Of a stretch of 64,000 nt of DNA, positions 41,786-55,043 are shown one piece after another. Position 1 is the stretch's first letter. Each line of letters begins with the position of its first letter. Both the position numbers and the translations under genes were made by a program. The stretch comes from Octopus vulgaris (Eukaryota): positions 3,410,001-3,474,000 of the forward strand of contig OX597830.1 in NCBI GenBank assembly GCA_951406725.2, in the 5' to 3' direction. The notes under the pieces were generated by a model, which worked only from the letters and a program-made list of their open reading frames with translations, made no database searches and had not been told where the DNA came from.

Positions 41786-44700
41786 AATATACACACACAC
41801 ACACACACACTATATATGATAGACTTCTTTATTTTTTGTCTATTAAATCTGCTCACAAGGCTTTGGTCAGTCTGGTGTCATGTTCAAAAACACTTACTCA
41901 AAATGCCACCAGAGTAGGATTGAACTCAAAGCCTTATCATCAGGAAGTGAACAAAAACCTCAGTAATATATTTGACCAAGACTAACAATAAAGAATGTGT
42001 CCGTTATGCAACTCATAATACTTAATTTAGAAAAGCTCCTAATTATAGAGGTTATACATGGAGTTGGACTATGAACCAATAAAAAGCATGTTAAACAGTT
42101 CCTAATGGAAACATAATGAGATTTGAAACTAGAGCCTGGTTGATGTTCTTTTCTCTTCGTTGTGCCTTTTTACAAAAAAGCAAAAAGTTATTTATAACTT
42201 TTCCCTGTACTTAATTAGTTTCAATTATTTTATATATGCAGCGCTGACTCAGACCTATAGCAGTGTAGTTCTACAGTACATCATAGCATTAATTGTACTA
42301 ATGAAGGTTAATTAAGGATAATGATTATGTATCACACCAAAATGTTTATAATGTGGTTTTCCTCCCAAAAGTAAATGGAACATCATCATCATCATCGTCG
42401 TCGTCGTTTAACATTCACTTTCCATGTTGGCATGGGTTGGATGGTTTGACTGGGGACTGGCAAGCCAGGAGGCTACACCAGGCCCCAATCTGATCTGGCA
42501 ATGTTTCTACAGCTGGATGCCCTTCCTAATGCCAACCACTCCAAGAGTGTAGTGGGTGCTTTTTACATACCACCAGCATGAGTGCCAGTCAGGCGGCACT
42601 GGCAATGATCACACTCAAACAGAACTGGATTTTAATTTTTAGAGTGATGTGTAGAAACATATTGGAATTGGCAGAGTTTAAATATTATTCAGGATCAATT
42701 ACTTTTAGTTCTCTCTTTCAACCTTTAATTTCAGTTCTTGAGAATGTAGAACCTTATCATGTTGCACAAGATTTCCAACAGATATATACTTCTCAACTTA
42801 AAGGGGATCAAACCCTGTAAAATATTATTAAAACCGCTGACTTTGCCATGTGACAAATGGTTCCAATAGATTTGACAATATTACATTCACAACGTCTTTC
42901 ACAGTACTCATTATTCATCATTATTCATCATTCGTTTTCCATGCTGGCATCGGTTTAATGGCTTCACAGGATCTGGTGAACCAATGACTGCGCCAAGCTT
43001 CAATGTCTTGTTTGGCATGATTTCTGTTGTTAGATGCCTTTCCTGATGCCAACCACTTAAGAGAGCAGACTGGGTGTGTTTTATGTGTTGCTGACTTTTG
43101 TGAGGTCATGTGTAACCTCGCAAAACAAGACTGGGCCATGGAGGGGGAGTGGTATTGAGAGTGGTGGCTTTATGCATGGCAGGTGGAGAGGTTAACAAAT
43201 GATGACAGAGCAGGAACAGGTGCCTAGTTGTTGGGAAGATACATGTTTACTCCATTAGGTTGTCAGATAAGACGAATAATATCTATTATTCATCACAACC
43301 TTTGTTGGAGACGTAGCAGTATTCCATATAAGGTTATATTTATAGTAATATTCTATAGATAGTTACATGCTAACAATATTGGTAACGAATCATCCAAAAT
43401 TCTTCCAGTTCTTCTGCTGGGAATTGGCACCATGTAATTGGTTATGGCTGTGTGGTTGAGAAGTCCAGTCCTCAACCACGTGGTCTTGGGTTCTGTCTCA
43501 TTAAGCATCACCTTGAAAAAGTGCCTGCTTACTAAAACCTTCGGCCAACCAAATGCTTTGTGAATGAATTTCATAGAAGTGTGTGTGTGTGTGTGTGTGT
43601 AAGTTTTTAGTGTCCTTGTCTTTATTTTGTACACTAACTGTAAGCAAACAGCAATGTTGTTGATTTGCAATCTTCCATGGAAACATGTCTGACCAACATG
43701 TGGTTCCCTTTGAAGAATTAGAAGAAATATTACTTTATTACTTGAGTTGGAAGCAGGTGAAGATTGGTGATGGGAAGAGCATCCACTCAAAGAAAATCCA
43801 CCTCAATTAATTCTGTAAGACTCCTGCAAGCATGGAAAAGTAGATATCAAAAACAATAAATGATGATGGTGATGATGATAATGATGATAGTGGTGATGAG
43901 GATGAAGAGAGTGTGTGATGAGGATGATGGTGACAATCCTGCTTCAGCTGCCACCACCACCTATGATGATGTTAAATTAAATAATATTAAGAATTTACTA
44001 TTTGAAAGCAATATCTAATAATAACGACCGTGTGATATAACAGTCCAAACTTTATCAGCTTAAACATTTTGTTTGCCCAATTTTTCCATTTTTCTTTAAA
44101 GTTTAAACTCAAAATATTTTTAAACATAATTCTATTTTTACTTTGCATAAGAATATTTAATAACTTTGGAAATTATTTATTTAACAAATCAAGAATTCTT
44201 GTAAAAATGTCTTATTTTCAGAAGTTGTTTTTCGGAGAATTGCAACTTATTCTGTGATTGTTGGTTGGAAACTTTGGATAATGAATGTTCTTTCTAAGTC
44301 AGTTACTTTTACCGTTTACATGGCACTAACTTACCTTCTTTTGATGTTGCTTACTCTTAAACTTACATGACCAATATCTTTTCTTTTTAATGTATTACCA
44401 AGACTGAAATCTTGGAATTACATCCGAAATAGCATCTCCTTTTAATGATTAGCTTTTATCAGCATCTGTTCTTCCTTTTTCTCTTCTTTTTTTTCTCTCT
44501 CTTTCTTTTACTAAATTACAAGTCTTGAAAGGCTCTTAACCGAACTTTATGCTTGACTATTGCTTTTGATCAGTGTGGATGTTTCTCTAAGTTTCTCTCT
44601 CATCTTAGCAACAGATCAGGGAATGAGAACACGCTCGTAACAGCAATTGATGTTGCTGATCAACAGTTTATATTTTTATTCTGACATTAATTATTATGCT

Positions 44701-45603
44701 TACTTGAAGATCGGAACTACGAAACACAAAGTAATAACAATATAATGTATCAGAAATGTTTTATTGGAATCTACATTCTCAATTGACAGACATTTCCATA
44801 TTATTTATGTTTCCATACCATTTCATTAATCTGCTTTTCAAATGGATTATTTTCTTAAGTCATCTCAATCATAAGATGCCCGGTTTACTGTAAGAAGTCT
44901 ATATAAGTATTATACAAAATTAGTCCGACTATATCCAGAAGAGTTTTTCATTAATCTTATACAATCACATTTGAAGATTCAAGTAATTATCTATCTACTG
45001 AATAATTGCTAGTTTTACTGCTCTGTTAACTTTGCTACTTAGAGCAAAGCTGGTGATTATCTTCCGAATTCCAATTTTATTTAAAGTGATTTGGTGTGAC
45101 TACTTGTTGCAATGGTTGCTGTATTAATAACATGCATTGCAGCAGTGATAATGAAGCTAATTGCAGAGCACAAGAAATTATGCAGAAAGTTATGCTAAGA
45201 TTGCAGGTGATTTAATTGTAGTGGTCTGATGAGAAGTAGCCTCCAGTATCTGCGGTTTTAACAGTATTGATTAGGATTAAAGTGTTAGTGTAGATGCAAG
45301 ATACTGTAAGATTGGTAAAAGTGTAAATAGGAGCAATTTGAAAAGAGCCAATTGTATTTGCTGTTTAAATGGCAGCGATTCACAAGAATTTCAGAATTTA
45401 TTATTCAATCACTTTAGAATTGTTGTCAGTAACACAAAACTCAAAGGTTTATCTTGCTTATGTGGTGCAAATATCAGTGGAATGTTTAAAGAGTCTTAAG
45501 ACCAGAACTGAATTCCCATTCATTTGCTTCGCCTTTTTTCTTTTAGCATTCAAAAAGGGTTATTGTAATAATTTATGCTAATGGTTAGTGATCGTATATT
45601 TAA

Positions 45604-45824
45604 CCCTTTAGCATTTAAACCGGCCATATCCGGCCAAAAATATTCTACCTGTTTTATGTTCAAACTGGCCAGATCTGGTCTCTCACACCAACCCTACAAT
45701 ATTGTTTAAAAAATGAACAGTTACCTCATCAAAATCTCATAGCTACAAGATAATGCATGATTAGTTCAAAACAATGTGGATGAAGAAGCATTAATTTTGG
45801 CAGAATAATGCAAACACTAAAGGG
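45604..45824 (+). mobile_element. piggyBac-type MITE
   Basis: TTAA at 45600-45603 and 45825-45828; TIR ccctttag/ctaaaggg. Confidence 0.88.
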
Positions 45825-45828
45825 TTAA

Positions 45829-46242
45829 AGGAGATTCCTGTTCTCTGTAGCTGTGCGATAAGAAGTTTGCTTCCTAACCACATGGTACTAGGTTCAGTCC
45901 CACTGTGAGGCACCTTGGGCAAGTGCCTTCTACTATAGCTGTGGATTTGGTAGATGCAAAACTGAAAGAAGCTCATTGTTAATGTAGACAGATAGATGGG
46001 TAGATAGATGTGTGTGTGTGTGTGTGTTTTTCCCACACCACTGCTTGACCTCCAGTGTTGGTGTATTTATGTCTCTGCAACTTAGCGCTTCAGCAAAAGG
46101 GACTGATAAAATTAGTGCTGGGTTTTATGCAAAGAAAAATAATAAGTCCTGAGATCGATACAGGTGACTAAAAAACAACTCTTCAAGGTAGTGTCCCAGC
46201 ATGGTCACACTCTAATGGCTGAAATAAGTAAAAGATAAAAGA
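45829..46242 (+). mobile_element. Family A SINE
   Basis: B box aggttcagtcc, ccttgggcaagtg core, shared tail. Confidence 0.8.
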
Positions 46243-47536
46243 ATCAAGATGTAAACTCTATGATTCTATTTCAATGGTTTGGAATTTTGCACCGAAATGT
46301 TGAGAGAAAGAGATAAACAATATTCCAACCAGCTGTGCAACTGGCATCTAGACTAGAAAGAATTGAGAATTGTTGTTGATGTACAATATCCTGAGATATT
46401 ACATTAATAATTCAAGTACATTATGGCAAATAGTTTTCTATGTGAGACAGAGCTATTTTCTTCTGGTTCATCTAAGATTATTCCGTATCGAAATATAAGA
46501 CTGTTGTGCATAGATCAAAGATGATGGCAGTCATCACAGTATGAGCCTGACTGTAGGAAACATTTAGGTTTTATCTTACTCGTGATTGTCTGTCTTATAC
46601 TTCAGCTTTGCTTTACCGAATTGTAGCCGAAGAAAATACTCTGCTAGACTTCATGTTGTTCGATAAAGCTTTAAAACAAAAATATCAAAAAGCCAACAAT
46701 ACAGAGTCATTATGTGACCACTTGAATTGCTAGAAATAGCAATGAAATATCCCTTATATTATATCTTGTTGTCTTAAAAATAGAAGTATACTATAGCTTT
46801 AGACACAGTGTACTTGAAACTAAGTAGAATAGTCATGGTTGGAAAGGCTCCTTTCCCATCAGTCTTCTTGATTAGGGCTAATCTAGAATTAACATCAGCA
46901 AAATCTCTATATCAATCTATAATTTGAGGGTATGACATGATCCTCTTTACCATCTTCTCTCATTTTCCAAGTGAGGCACCCTGGCATCTCTTCTGCAAGA
47001 TGACTACCTTACTTTTAACTTCTCAATCTGTGGCATAAAGCCACTTCCCTCACTACAACACCCAACCCTAATTCAAGGGGATCTTGTCTTGAATGTTACT
47101 TGAGGAACTCACTAGTGCCAGTGCCACGTAAAATGCACCCCCTGTACTCTGTAAAATGGTTGGCATTAAGAAGCTCATCCAGTTACAGAAACCATGCCCA
47201 AGCAGACATTGGAACCTGGTGCAGTTCTCTGGCTCATCAGCTCCTGTCAAATCATCCAAGCCATGCCAGCATGGAAAATGGGAGTTAAATAGTGGTGATG
47301 AGGATTTGGTCTAGTAACCTTATCCTGATTGATTTTGATCATTGACCTCTTTACTCTTTGTATTCTATAATATTTTTGGAATTTAGAACCAAACAATTTG
47401 ATTTAATCACACTAGTCAGAATATATTGGTGTATAAGCACTTACCCCTAATTTAGGCACAAGACTAGCATTTTTGATGGCCGGGGTACAGCTGGTACCAT
47501 TGACTCTTGTACTTAACTGATACTTTATTCTATGAA

Positions 47537-47760
47537 CCCTTTAGCATTTAAACAAGCCACTTCTGGCCCAAATATTCTACTTGTTTTTTGTTCAAACTGA
47601 CCAGATCTAGCCTCTCATACCTACCCTGTAATGTCATTCTAAAAATAAATAATCACATCTATTAAATCTCAAAGCTATGAAATAATGCAGGATTAATTGA
47701 AAAGAATGAGAATAGATAAGCATTACATTTGACAAAGTAATCTGAATGTTAAAGGATTAA
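47537..47760 (+). mobile_element. piggyBac-type MITE of the 45604 family, nested in a family C SINE
   Basis: ccctttagcatttaaac...ctgaatgttaaaggattaa. Confidence 0.8.
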
Positions 47761-47802
47761 GCTTAGAGGGATGAAAAATAAAGTGGGATTTGAACTCAGA
47801 AT

Positions 47803-48213
47803 ACATTATTTACATTATTTACATTTGACGGATATTTGTCCTCATCTTGTTTGTTGTTAGCACAACGTTTCGGCTGATATACCCTCCAGGATTCATCAGG
47901 TGTCTTGGGGAAATTTTGAAGCACTAAGCCATATGCCCATGACTATATGGCATAGTGGTTAAGAGTGTGAGCTACTAATCCCAAGATTCCGAGTTCAATT
48001 CCAGGCAGTGACCTGAATAGTAATAATAATAAAATCGAAAAAATGCCTTAGGAATGAGAACTCAGGTTCGAAATTTCCCCAAGACACCTGATGAAGGCTG
48101 GGGGGTATGTCAGCTGAAATATGTTAACAACAAAGAAGATGAGGACAAATATCCATCAAAAGTAAATAATGTAAATAATGTACATAATTGCTCATCTCTT
48201 AATTATAGAACTG
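47803..48213 (+). mobile_element. tRNA-headed, hammerhead-tailed retroelement with inverted 5' arm
   Basis: 12-bp TSD tgaactcagaat (47791-47802, 48214-48225); arms 47803-47918 and 48066-48182; A box 47948-47958, B box 47993-48002; hammerhead cores at 48088 (+) and 47859-47904 (-). Confidence 0.8.
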
Positions 48214-49240
48214 TGAACTCAGAATGTTAAGAAGCAGAGTAAATACTGCAATCTGCAACTGGAGAATGGTAATTCCTGTTCTCAGAAATAGTCAGGTTCT
48301 ACAGTTTTATTTATTTATTTTATCTCCAACAATATTTTTTTAATTATCTCTGTATAAATAAGATATCAAATTCACTTTAAATTCTTAATAGCACTGTTTG
48401 TTCTGGTTCAGTTTGTTTTGCCGCCATTCCTCCATTCTGGTAAAGAAGGCTGTGATTCACATGAAGCTGATCAACAGTTTGGACAAGTTCCATCAATTCA
48501 ATTTACCAAATATAATTTAGTTCTTGGTCATTTATACCATTATAACACTTGTATGAAGAGAGAAATGTTTAAATTAAGGAGTTGTGATACTATATTACAA
48601 ACATCAGATATTAAATATTTTATATCTATTCCTTCCTATTAAGAGTTTAAATGTGCTTCATACCATAGATTATCGTTTATAACTTAATAACAACAGATGA
48701 GCTGCAATTTCTCCATGGAAATAAATATTTCTTTCACAGCATCATACACGAAGGCTTCTACTTCAAGTCTATTGGAAACTGTTAGGGGAAAATGATTTTG
48801 TTTACTGTTAACTGTAATAAATATGCTGCCTTAGGTCCTTGAAATAACCAGTTGAAGACATGTCAGTTGTGCAGTAGCTGAAGCACTTCAAGTTGCAAAG
48901 GAGATGAATTATAATTTACAGCTGTGTAACACAATGTGTTATTATTTACACAACTGCAAGAAGATTGTGTATACAGGAACACTTTAGAATGTTTATTTTA
49001 TACACATACACACACATATATATGGAGATATATTATTTTGTGTGTGTGTGTGTAGGCTATGTTTTAATCCATTAGGAACGTGGTAGAGTACAGGATAAAG
49101 CTCATCCACTTTCAGAATTACCCAGTACTATTGGTAGTATTTTTATATAATTCCAAGTTTAAATTTGGGCATTCATCATGTGTGAATATAAAACTGTAAA
49201 AATTGGAGTCAGGAAGAAGGAGTACAGTTGGACATTTATT

Positions 49241-49409
49241 TATTATTTGCTACAATTGTTTCAACACAACATACTTCTCCAAGAATACAGGTACTTGATT
49301 ATGCAACTGTGTGCTTGCATAATGAGATCTAGTTGTGTTTCCTCAGGCGATATATGAACCTCTATTCTTGGAAAACTACATTGTGTTGAAACAATTCTAG
49401 CAAATAATA
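49241..49409. repeat. Inverted repeat, arms about 52 bp
   Basis: tattatttgctacaattgtttcaacacaa pairs with ttgtgttgaaacaattctagcaaataata. Confidence 0.9.
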
Positions 49410-49443
<34 letters not shown>

Positions 49444-49535
49444 AAATTCATATAGCATTTTACCAGGTAGCTAGCTTGTAAAACCTTTTAGGTATAAATT
49501 AATACAAAGTATATAATTTTTTATAAAAATTATAA

Positions 49536-49760
49536 GGACAAATTACAAGGTAGTGCTACATGCTAGAAGAAGATGTCAAATGACTCTAAAACTATCTTAT
49601 TTATCACATAGACATGGGCTGAAAGGGAGGGCAATGAACAGATATGATTTTTTAAAACATTTTCCCTCACTTTTAGCCCATGTCTACATGATAAATATAT
49701 GATAGTTTTAGAGTCATTTGACATCTTCTTCTAGCATGTAGCATTACCATGTAGTTTGCC
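49536..49760. repeat. Inverted repeat, arms about 95 bp
   Basis: gctacatgctagaagaagatgtcaaatgactctaaaactatc is perfectly complemented by gatagttttagagtcatttgacatcttcttctagcatgtagc. Confidence 0.95.
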
Positions 49761-50041
49761 TCTGTTATAATTTATATTTATATATATATTTGTATAGGTT
49801 ATTATAAAATTGTCTTTGGATAAAGTCAGTGGTTTAAAAATGGATATATACTTCATAAAATTCTGTAACATACCTAAATAACTTCAGAACGTTCGACTCA
49901 GTAAGTTTCAGAGTGAAATATTAAAATAAGAGTTAGAAAATGGTGGAAGAATTTTCTTCCTCCATAGAAAGTGGAACAAAGCTATTCCTTTGGATATCCA
50001 AAAGAAAATGACCAACATACTGAAACAGTTCACTCCACAAC

Positions 50042-50903
50042 GGAGTACTAGTAGAGTACGAATAGAGTACTAATGGAGTGCTAATGGAGTACTAATGGAA
50101 TACTAATGGAGTACTAATGGAGTGCTAATGGAGTACTAATGGAGTGCTAATGGAGTACTAATGGAGTACTAATGGAGTGCTAATGGAGTACTAATAGAGT
50201 ACTAATGGAGTGCTAATGGAGTACTAATAGAGTACTAATGGAGTGCTAATGGAGTACTAATGGAGTACTAATGGAGTACTAATGGAGTGCTAATGGAGTA
50301 CTAATGGAGTACTAATAGAGTACTAATAGAGTGCTAATGGAGTGCTAATGGAGTACTAATGGTGTACTAATGGAGTGCTAATGGAGTACTAATAGAGTAC
50401 TAATGGAGTGCTAATGGAGTGCTAATGGAGTGCTAATGGAGTACTAATGGAGTGCTAATGGAGTAGTAATAGAGTACTAATGGAGTGCTAATGGAGTACT
50501 AATGAAGTGCTAATGGAGTACTAATGAAGTGCTAATGGAGTAGTAATAGAGTACTAATGGAGTGCTAATGGAGTACTAATGGAGTGCTAATGGAGTAGTA
50601 ATAGAGTACTAATGGAGTGCTAATGGAGTACTAATGAAGTGCTAATGGAGTAGTAATAGAGTACTAATGGACTAATGGAGTACTAACGGTGTACTAATGG
50701 AGTGCTAATGGAGTAGTAATAGAGTACTAATGGAGTGCTAATGGAGTACTAATGGAGTACTAATGGAGTAGTAATAGAGTACTAATGGAGTGCTAATGGA
50801 GTACTAATGGAGTGCTAATGGAGTAGTAATAGGGTACTAATGGAGTGCTAATGGAGTACTAATGGAGTAGTAATGGAGTGCTAATGGAGTAGTAATGGAG
50901 TAG
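50042..50903. repeat. 11-bp minisatellite, consensus ggagtRctaat, about 78 copies
   Basis: Variants ggagtactaat, ggagtgctaat, ggagtagtaat, agagtactaat, gaagtgctaat. Confidence 0.98.
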
Positions 50904-51235
50904 GGAAGGCATGTAGCTTAGTGGCTAGGATACTTGGCTCATGATCATAAGGTCATGAGTTCAATTCTCGACAACGCATTGTGTCCTTGAGCAAGAAGCT
51001 ATTTCATGTTGCTCCAGTTCCACTCAGTGGCAAAAATGAATGGCACCTGTATTTCAAAGGGCCAGCCATGTTACATTCTGTGTCACTCTGAATCTCCCTG
51101 AGAACTACATTAAGGTCATATGTGTCTGTGGAGTGCTCAGCCACTTGCACGTTAATTTCACAAGCAGGCTGTCCCGTTGATCGTATCAGCTGGGACCCTC
51201 ATTGTCATAACCAACACAGTACTCTTTTTTTACTC
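50904..51235 (+). mobile_element. Family D tRNA-derived CORE-type SINE inserted in the minisatellite
   Basis: A box tagcttagtgg, B box gagttcaattc, tgtgtccttgagcaag; near-TSD aatggagtag/aaaggagtag. Confidence 0.85.
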
Positions 51236-54200
51236 AAAGGAGTAGTAATAGAGTACTAATGGAGTACAACTGGAGTACCATTGGAGTACCCATTTCATGT
51301 CTTGGGATACATCAGTGTGTTCTCTAGATTCCTAGATGACATATCAAGCATTGACATCTATCAATCAATAAACTTTATTCTTTAACAATAACTTGAAAGC
51401 CTGATCTCTCTCTCTCTCTCTATCCATCTATCTATCTATTTATCTTCATTTTATATAATATTTGAATTAGCTTTGCTTCTCATTCAGCTGTCAACCTCCC
51501 CATAATGTCATTTTTTGAAATGCAGTCTTTCATCCCCAAAACTCCACCTTCTCATTTATTGCAATGAAATATTAACCTTCATCTCTTTTAAAAACCTCAT
51601 CAATGTCACTCATACTTGCTCTCATCTTATTTAAGAAATCATCTGTGAGGTTTTCATCTTTCTAAAGGACTAAGAACCAATAAAAATGAAAAGGTATTAA
51701 AGAATACAATGAGATGATACAATTAAAAACTTCTTTCAAAATTATGTCTAATGAGATGTTGCCTTAACCATCTTTAAATCTAAAATGGAATGAACTCATA
51801 TGATATACTAACCAAAGTTTTCTGCTTCCACTTCAGTCAAAGCAATGATATTCTACCATTCAACTTAATATTCCTTCTCATAAAATATTGAAATATTTAA
51901 TTCATGTATAATGATTTTGTAATTTTGAAAATAGAAATGCATTTATTGATTTAACTTTTTTTATTATTGAAATGTTGCAAAATAGAATTAATTATAATTA
52001 AATGCATCTGAAATTCTGCATATATTATATGCTCTATTTTTTTTCCATCAAAGCAGAAGTTTGATATGAAAATTAATTATGGATAAAATACAATACGTTG
52101 ATTTGGAGAAAACTTTTATCTTAGATAAGGTTCATTGCACTAAAATATTGCCAAAATGCATTGAGAAAATTAGTTGAAAATCTATATGGATAAATAAAAC
52201 AAAATCAACAATCTTATATTCTTAATGATTTTATCAAAATTTCGTACTTTATCATTAGTTAAAAATACTTTTTACTGTAATCAATGGTAATTATTATGAT
52301 AATAATAGTTATTTAAAACTAGTCATTTATAGCTTAAAGAAGTTGATTCTAGCATTAATGTAACAAAATCAGTGATTTCTTTTTCGGCAATGTCAGAATA
52401 GAGTAAGAATCATATTTTAATGAAATATAGAAAGTAAAACCAATATTTTTATCCTGTCTATCATTCAATTGATTATTAGGAAAGCACAGAAAATGTGCTC
52501 TTTATTTTTTTACTTGTAGATTCTAAAACTTGTACATAATCTGCTCCATTTAGTTTCACAAAGCATTTATTTCTGTGAAGGGAATCCTTAAATGTTTCCT
52601 TTCTAAAAGACATCACTTGGCAACCTTTGATGTCTTTCTGTTGAAAGAATTTACGATGGGTCTCTGGTATAAATATAACTTCTTGTTATTCTCCGAATAA
52701 TCTCAGAAACCCTGTGAAAAAATTTGTAGGTGCTTCCCCTTCCTTATTGACTTTGTCATGTAAAAAGACAAAACCAAAAATGGATAGTAAATACGGCTGA
52801 CCACAAAGTGTCTCAAATACCAACAAAGGTAATTTTATTTCCCACATGACCTAAATGGTTTTCTCAACTCTGATACAAATGCAAAAGTTGAGTTTAGTAA
52901 TTAATATTTTTCTCATTTCACTTTGAATTTCCCACATTAAGTTCCCCTTCCATCTGGCATCATTGCCAGCCCTTTCAATTATTATTCTTATATTTAACTG
53001 ACTGACCTTAGTATCTCTTCACAACAACCAGATCGAAGTTAATAACCAAGCAATATGTTTAAATGTCTAATAGTCTTTCATTCTTTTGGTGATTATCACA
53101 TACAACTCTCAATATGGTTCACTCTAATTCAGCCACAATCAGTGAAGTACAATTATTTTTTCTACTCTAGGCACACGGCCTGAAATTTTGGGGGAGGGCA
53201 CCAGTCAATTAGATCGACCCCAATATGCCAGAGTAAAAAATTATGTGACATGGAATTCCACTATAAGTGGCCTAAACTCTGTGTTGGAGGGTTAAAGGCA
53301 GAAAAAGAAAAAGATACTCTTGACTCAATTATCATCCTCCACATGTAGAACATGGCTTTACTAGTACCATACTTTACCTTGCACATTCCATCTGATCCCT
53401 CTCATTTTCAATTTTTCTCTTACCTCATCAGTAAATCATTGTTCCAACCTACGCTAACATTGCGCATCCAGTGGAACCATGCTTACTTTGTTTCTTTTCA
53501 CCTTCTGCATTCAGCTTCCACGTTTCATTTCTATACATTATTCCATTTTATATACACACATATCGTACATTTTATTCTTCATTTATAAAGAATTTCTATT
53601 GACAGCAAAATATCTTCCACAACCTTCTCCCCAGACATTTAATTCTCACTACCAAGGTTCCAAAGCACTCACTTCCACCTCTAATTAGGTCTCCTGCACA
53701 AACACCTCAAAACAACCAACTACCTCACAAGAACCCTCCAAATATTTCTAAGAATCCATTTTGTGCCTGTTCTTATAGATAAATTCTCCAGCTCACTTGT
53801 ACATGCAGAGTCTGTCTTCTTTAAGACCTCTACTGTTCTTTTTACTAGGCTTACTTTAAGACCTCTACGTTTGAATCATTACTTCCGTGTTTGGAATTTC
53901 TTCTCTGATTCCTTAACAAATCCACCAAAAGGCATAAAATATTGAAATGCCACATGCAATGAATTCTTAACCGACTGAAATTTTCTTCTGATGTAGAAAC
54001 AGAAAACAAAACTAAGTCACAGCAGTTAGCAATGTTCAAGAATAATAAGAATAAATTCTCAAAAGGATTTTAGGGAAAGCAAGCAAGGGACAATTATGGA
54101 TATGAGTGCTGGTCTTTTAATTGACCTCATTGAACTAGTTCAGTGCTACATTGCTTATTGTTCAAATTTTCCAAATCTTTGCTCACAGAAAAAGTTTAGT

Positions 54201-54357
54201 ATATTTTTGACCATGGGAAATTTGCATATTTAAAGTTGCAAAGAGTGAAACCTGAATTTGGATAATTAACCTAAGTGAAGCTGAGATACTGAAAGCCATA
54301 CACAGTCAGTTTTGAATTTAGTATAAGTGCATTCTGTTTTTCTTTTGAGTTCCAGAC

Positions 54358-55043
54358 AGTAGTAACAGGGTACTAATGGAGTGCTAATGGAGTACTAATG
54401 GAGTACTAATGGAGTGCTAATGGAGTACTAATGGAGTGCTAATGGAGTACTAATGGAGTGCTAATGGAGTGCTAATGGAGTAGTAATGGAGTAGGGAAGA
54501 CATGTAGCTTAGTGGTTAGGATACTTGGCTCATGATCATAAGGTCATGAGTTCAATTCTCGACAACGCATTGTGTCCTTGAGCAAGAAGCTATTTCATGT
54601 TGCTCCAGTTCCACTCAGTGGCAAAAATGAATGGCACCTGTATTTCAAAGGGCCAGCCATGTTACATTCTGTGTCACTCTGAATCTCCCTGAGAACTACA
54701 TTAAGGTCATATGTGTCTGTGGAGTGCTCAGCCACTTGCACGTTAATTTCACAAGCAGGCTGTCCCGTTGATCGTATCAGCTGGGACCCTCATTGTCATA
54801 ACCAACACAGTACTCTTTTTTTTACTCAAAGGAGTAGTAATAGAGTACTAATGGAGTACAACTGGAGTACCATTGGAGTACCCATTTCATGTCCTGGGAT
54901 ACATCAGTGTGTTCTCTAGATTCCTAGATGACATATCAAGCATTGACATCTATCAATCAATAAACCTTATTCTTTAACAATAACTTGAAAGCCTGATCTC
55001 TCTCTCTCTCTCTCTCTCCATCTATCTATCTATTTATCTTCAT
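54358..55043 (+). repeat. Direct duplication of 50822-51449 (minisatellite end, SINE and flank)
   Basis: Nearly identical outside the repeat tracts; both copies end at ctatttatcttcat. Confidence 0.95.

Noticed and set aside
47941-48013. Genuine tRNA gene
   Set aside because: A and B boxes are present but acceptor and anticodon stems do not pair well, there is no oligo-T terminator, and it lies in a TSD-flanked insert.
50042-50903. Regular array as CRISPR, telomeric or coding repeat
   Set aside because: Contiguous 11-mers with no unique spacers, no cas genes, not TTAGGG-like, and the period shifts frame through stop codons.
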